DNA of 64,000 nucleotides, from the NCBI GenBank assembly GCA_009602725.1, contig WELB01000007.1, forward strand, positions 1,316,310-1,380,309, written 5' to 3'. The stretch comes from Spirogloea muscicola (lineage: Eukaryota). Each line of letters begins with the position of its first letter. The first letter of the stretch is position 1. The position numbers and the translations under genes are program-made. Below the pieces are notes generated by a model. It ran no database searches and was not told the DNA's origin. It was given only the letters and a program-made list of their open reading frames with translations. Below, one piece after another: positions 12,154 to 23,326 of the stretch.

Positions 12154-12530
12154 GAGAGAGAAGGCGCGCGGGGCGCATGAATTGAAAGGGAGGCCAATTC
12201 AACCCAATACATTGTTCAGGCAGAGTCGAGTGCAGACTAAACAAGGCTACATAATACGGAGACCTAATCTAAGGTACCTAAGATGACATTAGTACCCACG
12301 GGTGAGCACAAACAAATCTGACAAGCTAACTTGGGGAGCTGGAGCGCCGCCGCGAAAGCCGGAGGCCTGACTTAGAGCGCGCCCTGCACGTTGATGAAGA
12401 GCCAATGCTTGCGAGCGCTGCAAACTAAGCGAGAGCCGCATTCTATAATATGCAACTAAGGCCTGCGGAATGCTGGAGTGGCCCAAGCTGCCCCCCCGAC
12501 TTCGACGACGCGCATCGAACTACTGAGCGA
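12154..12530 (-). mobile_element. 5'-truncated RLE retroelement (ORF C-terminus plus 3' tail)
   Basis: YYRMRLSLSLQRSQALALHQRAGRALSQASGFRGGAPAPQVSLSDLFVLTRGY* is clearly homologous to the end of ORF 5073..5645. Confidence 0.85.
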
Positions 12531-12890
12531 TCCATCCTCCCCCTGTTCTGACTTAGCATCTTCCGACCCCTTTGTAGCTGCTACACGCTTGTAGGCCCCT
12601 CCGAACCTTTGTCAATTCTGTTATTTCTTCTTTCATGCGCCCCGCGCGCCTTCTCTCTCTCTTAGCGAGCGCGAGGGGGCCCAACAGACGGACGATAGCA
12701 GCCGACGCCGCACGATCTCAGCTGTCGGCTCGAACCCGGCCCCCGATCGGACGGCTTAACGCGGGCCTCCGCGAGCCCAGTTTCAGCGACTCAGCAAGGA
12801 GCGTAAAGCGCACCGACGACAATCCACAAGCCCCCGCCCCCCCCCGATCGCGAACCTATCAGCCAACGACATCTGGATACGTTCAAGAAC

Positions 12891-13082
12891 GACACGTGGA
12901 TGTAAGACGCGTGTCGCCTTGAAAGTGGCCTTCGGCAGCGGCCGCGTCAGCTATGGACACGCGGCGGTCAGTAATGAGCTCGCCAGGTCGAGGGCCCCGC
13001 CCGGACGTGGACACGTGGCGCGCCGCACTTGCTGGGCACGGACGGGCACAAGGAGGCGAAGGAGCGAGCGCCGCCTATATAG
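12891..13082 (+). promoter_or_regulatory. ABRE/G-box cluster and TATA box of the LEA-like gene
   Basis: GACACGTGGA 12891, CE3-like GACGCGTGTC 12906, GACGTGG ~13004, canonical GACACGTGGC 13010, TATATA 13076; ATG at 13232. Confidence 0.75.
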
Positions 13083-13128
13083 CGCTCAGCAACGAGTTAA
13101 CCAATGAAAGACTCTTTGTAGCTACACA

Positions 13129-13166
<38 letters not shown>

Positions 13167-13231
13167 GTCCGCCTTTCTCAGCCTCTGCGTCTACCAGCAA
13201 CCGGGCCGCCAATCTCCGAGCAGCAGCTGCA

Positions 13232-14160
13232 ATGGCCTCCGAGGGCTACACCGCTGACACCAACCAGGCGATGAAGGACAAGGCCGAGCGTGCGCAGGAC
13301 AAGATTGACAACACCGTGGCTGACACCAAGGTACGGCAAGGCTCTTCCCACTGGCCCTGTTACTACCCGTCCCAGTGAATGACCATCTCACCTGGAAGAA
13401 GCTTAGCCAGGAGGAGAGTTTGAGAAATCGCAACTCTGTGGTCAGGCGACGTTGTATATAAAAGCTTTTGAAGCTGGCATCCTTTACTTGAGAGTGCCAT
13501 GGATAAGCGTCTCTCTGGGTACTACAGGCTGAGATGTCAAGCTGTTGAAGGTGGGACAATTTACCTTTTGAGTGCAATTGACAGTTGTCTTTCTGGACAC
13601 AACAGGCTGAGATGGCAGGGCATGAGCAGGCTGCTCAGGGCAACCTTCACGGGGGTGGTGCTGACCAGAACATCAAGGCCGACCATGCGAAGCAGAGCGC
13701 CGCTGTGAGCTTCGAGAACCAGCACTTTTATGCTCTACAGTGTAGCTTTAGTTGGCTTTGATGTGTAGCTTCACTTTGTCGCCATGGCTCAAAGAGACAA
13801 CAAGTGATGTGTGCCTCTGCTTCACAGCGTCAGACTCACCAGGCGCGAGCTATGTGCCATCAGTGCTGTGAATGTCACATAAATGGACAATGGATGCTAT
13901 CTAAGTAGCTTCACACCATCGTTCGTCAGGGCTTGGGAGAGCACGCAAAGGAGACTGCAGGACATACAGCTGGAGCTGTGAAGGAGGGCACAGCAAATGC
14001 TGCTGGCAAGACCGGGGCTGCTATTCAGGGCATTGGCGAGAAGATCACTCATGCAGCTCAGAACATGAAAGCCAAGGTCACTGGTCACCACGACCAAATG
14101 CATGATGATAAGAAGACTGGCACTGTAGATTCGTCTGTTGATGAAAGGATCTCATCGTAG
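13232..14160 (+). CDS. LEA-like hydrophilin (3 exons: 13232-13330, ~13606-13704, 13930-14160)
   Basis: Small A/K/E/T/G/H-rich protein without Cys or Trp (MASEGYTADTNQAMKDKAERAQDK...EHAKETAGHTAGAVKEGTANAAGKTG...); GT-AG phase-0 introns; ABRE promoter. Confidence 0.75.
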
Positions 14161-14566
14161 GCTAAATTTACTGCCGGCTCTTTTGCTACCCACTTCATGG
14201 TGTAGCTGTAGTCAGTGACCAACAGTGACCCATTTGTTATTTTACCCTACCTCTTTGAGGTTTTGCCTTGTAAAGAACAAGCCTTTAAATATGTGAATTT
14301 GTTTGTATATCTGCTCAACTCGTGCTGGTCAGCTTCTACAAATCCATGTGTTTGATATTTACAATGAAAGGTAAAACTGACTTTGTACTACATTGAGCAA
14401 TGGACATGCTGAGATGACAGACAACTCATGTCTATTAAGACCTATGAATTTGATTACTAGCGACCTTTTGAATAGCTGAATTGGCTCTTCAAAAAGTACA
14501 ATAACTCAAAACGACCACACTCTTCGCGAAACAAGAATCCACATCAGAAATAAACATATGTAAGTG

Positions 14567-16672
14567 TCATTTATCCAATCTTGAAAGCTCGCCACCAGGG
14601 AAAAGAAACTCCCGAGTTAACCTCTCGGCCCACTGCGCAAGCCAACACACAGTTCAATACAGTAAACAAATGTAGATGGAGAAACCTTCATACAAGAGTA
14701 GCTGAAATTCCATGCTAGCGCGACCGACATGTACCTCAAAGTTTGTCAAAGTCTGTTACGCTTAAAGCACAGTGGCAATCTGAAATAACAAATAAGAGAT
14801 AAATGAGACAACCACAATGAGACAAATATATGTACCTCCTTGCCAAATAAGCTGCTAAAAACCTGCACAGCAGGATCTCGTCTTGCCATGTACTGGTTGT
14901 ATGCCATCTGCTGCTTGGCCATATTGTGTCGCTCCGACTCAACAGGGCAGGCCTCGTTCAGCTGCCTCAAGTAAGTGTCAATATACATCTTGAAAGCTTC
15001 AAACAAGCTGCCTCCCTGCACCTGCATCAATTCGCAAATCTCTGTGAAGAGGTATTACTTGCATCTTACACTTGCAATAAGCAAACAGGCTCATTGTGAT
15101 TTCAGCTGCTCCGGGTCACAAGCTGACTAGCTGCTCCGCAGCTCTTGTGTGCGAAGGACCTTTCAATTGCAAGGTGTCTCTTGCTCGAAGGAGGGTCAAG
15201 CTGAACCGAAAGGTCTCTTGACACAAAGTACAACAAGCATGTACTACGTGATTAGACGAACAGACCCTGTGCTTGCTGTAGGTTTGGTGCTCACACTTCA
15301 AGCATAGACACGCTTGGCATGTGACCTGCCAAGATGTGCTGCTGCCAGCACGCAGGTGCACGACAGACATACCTGTAGAACAGGATCAGCAGTCCCCTTG
15401 ATTGACCTGTAAAATATCATATGCGGCGAGAAGAATTTGTCGCCGTCGAAGAACTTTGCCGACTTCTGGCCATACAGCTCACTGAAACGGGAGTGGACGG
15501 AGGCCAGCGCCGATGTATGCTTGTCCTGAATCACGTGCAAAGAATGGAACAATTCAGGCTTGGCAAGAGTGCACTGCTTGTGCAGAGGTGGTAGTTTGGT
15601 TACGCAGGCCACCTGTCACTCACAGCAGAACTGGCAGCTACATTCCAGGTCTCATGAAAGCTCTGGTCCAAGTGAGTTTCGAAGGCCTCGGCAGATTGAG
15701 GCGTGCACCATGTAGACGGGGTCGTCGTAGAGGGGGTGGAAGTCCATGGCGCAGAGGACCCTCTTGCCTCCGAGGATGATGAGGTCAACGCCAAGCAGGG
15801 GCATGTCATATCTGCAGCGAGAACAACCTTCATGCAGCTCAAGCTGCCCATCAGGGCCACGATATGCGCTCACGCAGCTGCAACGGCAGCTAGCACTGAT
15901 ACCAACCATGGGTCCTTCTGTCAGGGCGAGCTTCCTCACTTCTGGAGCAAGACAGTGAGCAAGCTCGCGCAGTATGGAGGGCCTGCAAGCAAGCGAGCAT
16001 GACCTGGTGTCGGGGTAGGCGAGGCTGTTGAAGGCCTGCATCTCGCCACCCTGGAAGTAGGTCATGCGCAGGCGCGCCAGGCGGTCGGTGCGGAAGAGCC
16101 AGTTGCGCATGACCGCGCCGGCGCCGCGCGTGGAGGTGTTGTGGGCCAGCGCCGCCGGCAGCGGCTCGTCGGCGGCGCCGGGCTGGGCCGCCAGCGCCGC
16201 CCACTGGTGCCGCATGTACGGCAGGAAGAGGAGCTGCGGCTCTTGCGCCGTCGCCGCGCCGTCAGCCCCTGGTCCATCAGACCCACGCCGCCACGAGAGG
16301 GTCAGCGCCGCCGAGAGGATGCACAGCTTGCTCCACTGCCGCTTCGGCGCGTCAGGGCTCCACCAGAAGGGTCTTGCCATTGTTGCTGCCCCAAGCGGCC
16401 ATACCCTCGCTGCTCGTTTCTCCACAAGCGGGTCGCAGCCGCGGGACGACGGGCAGCCGTGGGCTCGGCCGTCACGCAACCCAGCGGCAAGAGCTCTCTG
16501 GCGACGGAGACAGCGGGGTCTCGACTGGGGGGCTCACAAGGCGGCCTGCTGAAGGACGGCACCAGGTCCTCGGCGCCGGTGCCGGGCGGCGGCTCCGCCA
16601 GCACCGGGCGCGCAAGGCTCGCCGGGCTCGTCTCCGCAGCGGCGGCGGCGGCCGAGCTCGGCGGCCGCGGCG
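14567..16672 (-). CDS. PUBS: Ferredoxin-dependent bilin reductase, PebA/PUBS (phycourobilin synthase)-like; 5' end lost in gap
   Basis: RLRMTYFQGGEMQAFNSLAYPDTRYDMPLLGVDLI...CAMDFHPL, KFFSP, AFKMYIDTY, QMAYNQYMARRDPAVQVFSSLFGKEWAERLTREFLFP. FDBR family is secure; the PUBS subfamily call is inference. Confidence 0.8.
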
Positions 16673-18349
16673 NNNNNNNNNNNNNNNNNNNNNNNNNNNN
16701 NNNNNNNNNNNNNNNNNNNNNNNNNNNNNNNNNNNNNNNNNNNNNNNNNNNNNNNNNNNNNNNNNNNNNNNNNNNNNNNNNNNNNNNNNNNNNNNNNNNN
16801 NNNNNNNNNNNNNNNNNNNNNNNNNNNNNNNNNNNNNNNNNNNNNNNNNNNNNNNNNNNNNNNNNNNNNNNNNNNNNNNNNNNNNNNNNNNNNNNNNNNN
16901 NNNNNNNNNNNNNNNNNNNNNNNNNNNNNNNNNNNNNNNNNNNNNNNNNNNNNNNNNNNNNNNNNNNNNNNNNNNNNNNNNNNNNNNNNNNNNNNNNNNN
17001 NNNNNNNNNNNNNNNNNNNNNNNNNNNNNNNNNNNNNNNNNNNNNNNNNNNNNNNNNNNNNNNNNNNNNNNNNNNNNNNNNNNNNNNNNNNNNNNNNNNN
17101 NNNNNNNNNNNNNNNNNNNNNNNNNNNNNNNNNNNNNNNNNNNNNNNNNNNNNNNNGGCGGCGCGCCGCTCACTCGACTGCGGCGGCCATGACGGCTCGC
17201 ACCGCGCGCGCGCCGCCGCCAGCACGCGGAGGCGCTGCGGGAGCTGCTGCAGGGGCTGTGCGGCGGCGAGCCGGAGGCCATCCGCGTGCACGAGCTGGTC
17301 CTCAAGACGCTTCCCACGGTTGGTGCGTCCCGCGCGCGCCAGTAGCCCCGCCGCAGCTCGGGCTGAATCTGCGGCTCCTTCTCTAGTGGGCAGATGAGCT
17401 CCACGCCTCGCCCTCCCTGAGGCCAAGGTGGCGTTGAGACACGCCAGATGGGCTCTTTCGTTGCGCCGCACCTTCGGAGCCACCGCCATTTGATGGGCCC
17501 TTAACGGACTCGCTCCACGGCAGTCCAGCTCCTTTCTCCGTGCTGCTCAAGGAGCTTGCTTTTGTGGCGCCGCCATCGCAGGGTTGGCGCTTTCGGAGGT
17601 GCGCCTCCTGTGCTCTCTCGACGGCCCGTCTCCTGCATGGTGAGGCAGCAGACTTGGCGCTCACTTGGTCACTGCCCGCATTGAAGCGCTTGTCCTGCTT
17701 AGCTGCACGCTTGACTCCCATGTCGTGCACAATCTGTGGCCTTAGCCTGACATAAGCTGCTATAGTACTACCGGACTTGCTCTGTACAGGCGGCAGCAGC
17801 GCAGAAGACATAGGTTCATAGCTTTGACCACATGTGAGGCAGGACATTGCGCCACGTGGGAGGGGCCATGCGGGGCGCTGGGGCTGACCAGCTCCTGGCG
17901 GTTGTGCGGTCCGTCGTGGAGACTGCCATAAGCAGCAATGCGCTGCACTTCCTCCTTGCCACTGGCTTCAAGCTGGACTACGAGTTCCTGCGCACGGGCC
18001 TGGCCTTCTTGTACCGCAGTGGTCGCTTGCCGCTCCGCATTGCAGTGACCACCGTCCACCGGCTGCCGAAGCTGCACGCTGTCGACGACGCCGTGCCAGT
18101 AGCCCCCGACTACCAAGTGGTTGACATCACAGCAACAGCAACCTCAGACAACTACTCAGAGGGCGTCGCCGCTCTGACGAGCTTTGCCGAGCACCTTGCA
18201 CCGTGAGTCGCTCGCATGAGCTGCCGTCCCTCCCCTCCACTCGGACGATATAGAGTTCTCTTTGGGCCATTGGCTGTTCATATCATCTGAGTAGCGCCCC
18301 TATCCTTGACCTAGCGTGAGCAGGGTAGAGGTTCCAGTGTGGTACATTC

Positions 18350-18700
18350 TCAAGCATGGGCGCTTCCCAAGCCCCTGCCACTGGGCTCAAGTCGAGAAGT
18401 CGGGCTTTGGGCTTGTGCAGGCTCCTGCGGCTCTCCAAGCCTGGCGTGTCCACGGGCCTGGTCCCTACTGCTGCCATGGCTGCTGCTGCCATCGCTCCTG
18501 GAGTCGGCAGCAACTGAGGGGACGCCAGCCTTAGGCTGGCCATCCGTGGGCCTTAAGCTGGCCATCCTTAGCCTTTGCTTGGGTTGGGTGATCAAGCCGT
18601 GGAAGATTAGATACATCTCTAAAGAGCGTGTCCAGTATGGTACCGGTTCCCTTTCTCCCATTGTTATGTACGTGAAGGCCTCAACAACTTCCCTGGGTCA
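18350..18700 (-). mobile_element. Possible Gypsy gag remnant
   Basis: WTRSLEMYLIFHGLITQPKQRLRMASL resembles the start of Ty3/Gypsy capsid; no other domain seen. Confidence 0.3.
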
Positions 18701-19459
18701 GTCGCACCTGTCAAAGTGACGGGGACAACCTAGGGGCCACTGCTCTACTCCTCGTCAGATCTGCCAACATTAGGCAGCCAAATTACATAGCTGCAAGGCT
18801 AAGACCTCATACCCTACTCCACAGGAATTGCAAACTTTCAGAAGGTCCCTCACATTGATAGGCCCGCTATATGCAACAACGATGGGAAGGTCATGGCAGC
18901 AGGAGCGCCGGCAGCTGTCAATGTGCTGCCTACGAGGGGCTTGTGCCCTGCTAAAGCTTCATGCTACATTGACTTCTCTTGCCACTTGGCAACAGCCACA
19001 AGGTGCACAACAAAAGGCAAGTGTGCAATAGTCACGCCTGCAAAATTGCGCCAGCTTGTTCTGGTTCGTACTTTTTCCCCTGGTTCACATATCAGCCCAT
19101 TGACTTGCTGGAGAATGGCAGCACCATGCAGCGCTGCATTTCGCCACCGTGGTATGGCCCTGATCAGTAGGGAAGGGCGCCAAGACGAGGCAGGCCATGG
19201 CTGCCCGCGTGCGGCCCCTGCCGTGTGCCAAATGCTCAGGATGCTCAGGCCACTCTCCTCCCTTCCGCTTGCTTGTGTCAGCTAAGAGCGGTGGCCTGAC
19301 AAGAGGGGCAAAAGGTTGAGCAGTCTGGTAGCAGTGCCACGGGCTCGCTGAGGCGACCTCAGGCGTTCAACTTTGCGTGCTAGCTGTGCCTTAATTACCA
19401 CCTCATTGTATTGGAGAAGGAAATTGCTCGCCAGCTGCAGCATTCCAGCTCACTATCGA

Positions 19460-20830
19460 AAGCCAAGGGTTTACTGAGTGGCCATCCACAGTAGCCACTT
19501 AGTTGCTGAGTGGTCCGACTTCCGTATTTGGGCTTTCCTGGACCTGGTTCATCCTCTTTTAGGCTGGTCTTTAACAGCCACGGCCTCCCTCTGGAAGGGC
19601 TTTGGACCTTGTCCATACCCTTATTGGGCTGGCCTTTCACACCCCATCGCCCCCTGGGAAGACGATCTCCTCCCTCTTCTGAAAGAGCAGCTCTCCCGCC
19701 CTCCAGTTATGCGTAGAGTATACTGGGGCACCACAAGCCGTAGTGCTCTAGGATGCGGCTGTCGCTAAGCCCGCGGTCCTTGCGGACACTTGTCCTTCAT
19801 CGGCGTGCTTGGCGCGCCCCCTGAGCAAAGCCGACGGGCTTCCGGGGCAGTCCTCCCGCTTCTGAAGTAGCCTGTTTGACTCGTGTGTGCTCACCCAGTG
19901 GGTGAACTTCCAGTCGCGCTTTCGCCCAGGACTTACTGAGTGATTCGTAGCTGCTTTGTTCCTTTTTGTGCTTGGTTTTCTTAGCGCTTCCCCTGGGCCC
20001 CTTCTCGTGCTTTGTCCATTCTTTTTTGGGCTGGCTTTTCGTGCAACCTGGTGGAGGACCACGGGCCCTGGTCGACGTCGTTGTTACGGAGGCGTATAAA
20101 GGTCCAGCATCAACACACAACGCTGGTCACGCAGTGGGCGGTGCAGAACAACGAAAGTTGCAGCACTACTCTGATTACCCACAATGCGATCAGCTCCTGC
20201 CAGCGGCAATCGACATCTTTGGCTGTCTTGGTCCTCGTTTCCACACCCTCCTTCAAAACATTACCAATCTAGGCTACACACGTCGTGCAGATGTGTTTCC
20301 GGCTGAGGTGGGCTTGCCAGCTGCATATCTGTCTTTCTTGCGACGACGAGTTTCGACCTGTCTGCAGCGTGCTCAGGCTAATGCCTTGCACCAGAATGCT
20401 GGACGAGCTGTAGTTGGTGGTAGAAGGGCTTCGTATCTGACATCTAGTATTCAGGCATCGATTAGCGACCTTTATGTTTTGACCCGTGATTACTGAGCGG
20501 GTCAATCTGCTGTAGATTATGTAGATCTTCAGATGTGCTTGCCTTGTACTTGACCATTGGCCGGCCTTCGTTTGTTTCAAATACACGAATTTCGCTTTTC
20601 CAGCCCCTATCCTCAATGGGCCAGCACTTCCTTTCGCTCTGCTCCCGTAAAGAAGAAAGTGCTCGCCCATAGAGAAGGGGGGCTAGCAAAGCCAGCCCAA
20701 AAGCAATGGACAATGTCTAAAACCACAGAAGAAGGTGCCGAAAAAGGACTACACTACACTTCACTGCTCCCTTAAGAAGAAAGGGCTCGCCCATTCAGGA
20801 TATGGGCTGGAACAGCCAATCCCTTAGGCC
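19460..20830. repeat. Cluster of nested type-B repeats and RLE stubs
   Basis: Several (t)ttgggctggc...ccagcccctatcctcaatggg units in both orientations; 19933-20040 matches parts of 60605-60800. Confidence 0.8.
20041..20593 (+). mobile_element. 5'-truncated RLE retroelement flanked by 7-bp TSD (gcttttc)
   Basis: ALVDVVV...AEQRKLQHY...LLPAAIDIFGCLG...RVSTCLQRAQANALHQ...SDLYVLTRDY*; gcttttc at 20034-20040 and 20594-20600. Confidence 0.8.
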
Positions 20831-21108
20831 CCTGCCAGACCAGAGCTTCGCTTTGTGTAGCCCCACTGTCGGTACTCCCTTTGCCCTTCGCAAGCACAAA
20901 GCACAAAGCATGGGCTCGGCTTCGCCTCTCCTTGCCGATCCTGCATCACCGCGCGCCTCTTTCCCTCCGCTTTTCACAGCCGATTCTTTCACATCAGCAG
21001 CCGCTTTCTTCTGCTTTTGGCACTGGGCATCTTCCTTACCTCTCCACTCCGACCTCGAGCCCCTGCCCCACATCCACCACCTCCCCCCCAACACCTTCTG
21101 CCGCGCCC

Positions 21109-22360
21109 ATGTCGGCCTGCATCACTGGCGGCTTCTTGGGGTGCACGGCCCTAAGCCCCGCCAAGGCGCCTCCTTGCCGTCGTGCACGCGCTGCCCGTCT
21201 GCGCCAGGCGGCGCCCGCCTCCCGCCTGCGGCAGTTGCCTCGCGCCTCCGCCGCCGACGTCATGTCGAAGCGCGGCCGCACGGAGAACGACAAGCCGGCG
21301 GCGCCGCCAGGCGGCCTGAAGACGGAGATGAAGGAGCTGGCGGCGGGCGGCATGGCCGTGTTGTATGGCACGCGTATCCCCAAGGACTACTTTGTCGTCA
21401 AGGGGTGCGGGGAGACCAACGAGGGCGGCGGCATCGACCCCTGGGAGACCGGCTCCTACGATCTGGCCCTCGAGGACGCTGGTGAGCTCGCGGCTTGCAG
21501 CAACTCGTGTAGTCGAGCAGCTGCTGCTTCTGTCAAGTGCGTGTGGCTTCAGCTCGCCACCTTTTGCTTCAGCAAGCTGAGGAGGCGCACTCACAATGGA
21601 CTCTACTACTCTGATGATTTTCACAAGCTCTCACAAGCGTTCACAAGCGTTCTGCAGGAGCCCTATCAAGAAGCAAATTTAGAACTCCGAACACACTTTG
21701 ACTTGTGCACGTCGCACAAGAAGGGTGCACGCAGATATGGAATGACGACTGTGACGCATTGTGTTGCATGGGTTCTTGCAGGTATTCATGAGTTCAACCT
21801 TGTCGCGTATACATCTGTCATACCACCAGAGGCGACCGAAATTTCGTTCGAGAAGGCCCAGAAATTCTTCCACCACGGCGCATGCCTGGAGACCATCATG
21901 GCCCAGATGAATGGCGCATTTGGCGACCGCATCACGGCAGGCGTTGCGCGGATGCACGTGAGTTGTCCTTATTGTGAAAGCGCACACCGAGCATAAGACA
22001 ATGTCATGGTGGAGTCCAAGTTCAAGCTGTGCTGTTGACGAGCCTCTTGAAAGTTTGCAGCAATTGCAGCACTGCATCTTGGCGCTTGTGCAGGTGACCA
22101 GGAAGAAGGACAACTACCACGTGGGAGGTTATGCGGCCGAGTACAAGGGCCACGCGAATGAAGAGCTAGCGTGCCAGATTCTGACGGAGGACCTTGACGG
22201 GATATTTGCCCGGCGGTACAGCGAGGATGAGTATGAGAAGTCTGATAAGGAGTTTACCATAGCCGTCAAGGAGGTGAACAAGAACTACGGCACTGTGCTA
22301 GCTGGGATCTGCTTCGTGACCTACCTTCTGCCCATCTATGCCGAGCAGGCCGACAACTGA
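21109..22360 (+). CDS. aaxB: Pyruvoyl-dependent arginine decarboxylase (AaxB/PdaD family) with transit-peptide-like N-terminus; exons 21109-21481, 21782-21957, 22094-22360
   Basis: YGTRIPKDYFVVKGCGE...PWETGSYDLALEDAGIHEFNLVAYTSVIPPE (Thr-Ser autocleavage site), FHHGACLETIMA, GGYAAEY, YGTVLAGICF; two GT-AG introns with matching phases. Confidence 0.88.
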
Positions 22361-22888
22361 GGGCGCTTCTCTCAAGCAGGCGGTTGAGCTGAGTTCGTGC
22401 AGCTGCACAAGACATTCTCACAGCATGCAAGCCGGCAAGGCGAGGGCCGGCCACTGCACAATTTTGCTGCTCGGCCGAGTCTGGCACGTGAGCACGTCTC
22501 GCGGGCTGACATTCTTTTGGCAGTCCGCAACATGTAGCCAAGCAGGTGGCATTGCACCTCGCGACATCGCCCGTCAGTCCAGGGGAGTGGCCGACGTACA
22601 CTCTTCTGCAGTCTAGCAGCAGACAGCCTGCTCTGCCGGGGTGCCGGAGGCTGCGGTGGGATGCATTGGGGCTGAAAGAGCCATGAGGGTTGGGGAGCGG
22701 CCATTCCCTGGGAGGGGGGTAGCCGAGCGCGCGGGAAGGAAGGAGGGCGGGGGGTCCCTCACACCTTGCTCTGTTTTTTGGGCTGGCCTCTCACAAGCCA
22801 ATGCCTTTCAATGGATTGGAAGACCTGTTATCTTACTTGGGGGCTGCTGCCCCGCCGGCGTGCCAAGTCAGCAGAGGCCTCGCTGCGC

Positions 22889-22952
22889 GCCACGCGGCAC
22901 GGCCGCGCCGCGCTGGCCGCGCCGCGTGCCCGCCAGGCTCACGCCACGTGTC
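22889..22952. promoter_or_regulatory. ABRE (GCCACGTGTC at 22943) with CE3-like motifs upstream of the membrane-protein gene
   Basis: Exact reverse complement of GACACGTGGC; gccacgcggc 22889 and gccgcgtg 22921 nearby. The single N at 23289 makes the distance to the ATG uncertain. Confidence 0.5.
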
Positions 22953-23326
22953 CCGGCCCTCCTCCCCCCCCCCCCGCGGAGGGGCAAGGGGGCGGAGGGC
23001 CGAGCATGAAGGCCCCAACTGTCAGTACGATCCGGCACGGGCTCAGATTCTTCCCATTTGGCCCCCGACAGCCTGCGGTTTTGACAAGTGAGCATCTTCC
23101 GAAAAGGGGGCGGGGGCTATGAAATGCCAGCACCCCGAAGGAATTGAACAAGTGTCCACAGGACCGAAAGAAAGGGTTGGGGAGACGAGCGATTAGCAGA
23201 CGAGCAAACCCCCTTTGCCGCTCATCCGTCTCGCCACTGCCGCCGCCGCCGCCGTCGCCGCTGCCTCCGCGACCGCCGCCGCGAGCGCNCGCCGCCGCCG
23301 CCGCCGCCGCCGCCAGGGCCGCCGCC

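Noticed and set aside
16064..17489. Plus-strand and alternative-frame long ORFs
   Set aside because: Shadow ORFs of the GC-rich bilin reductase 5' region plus the N gap.
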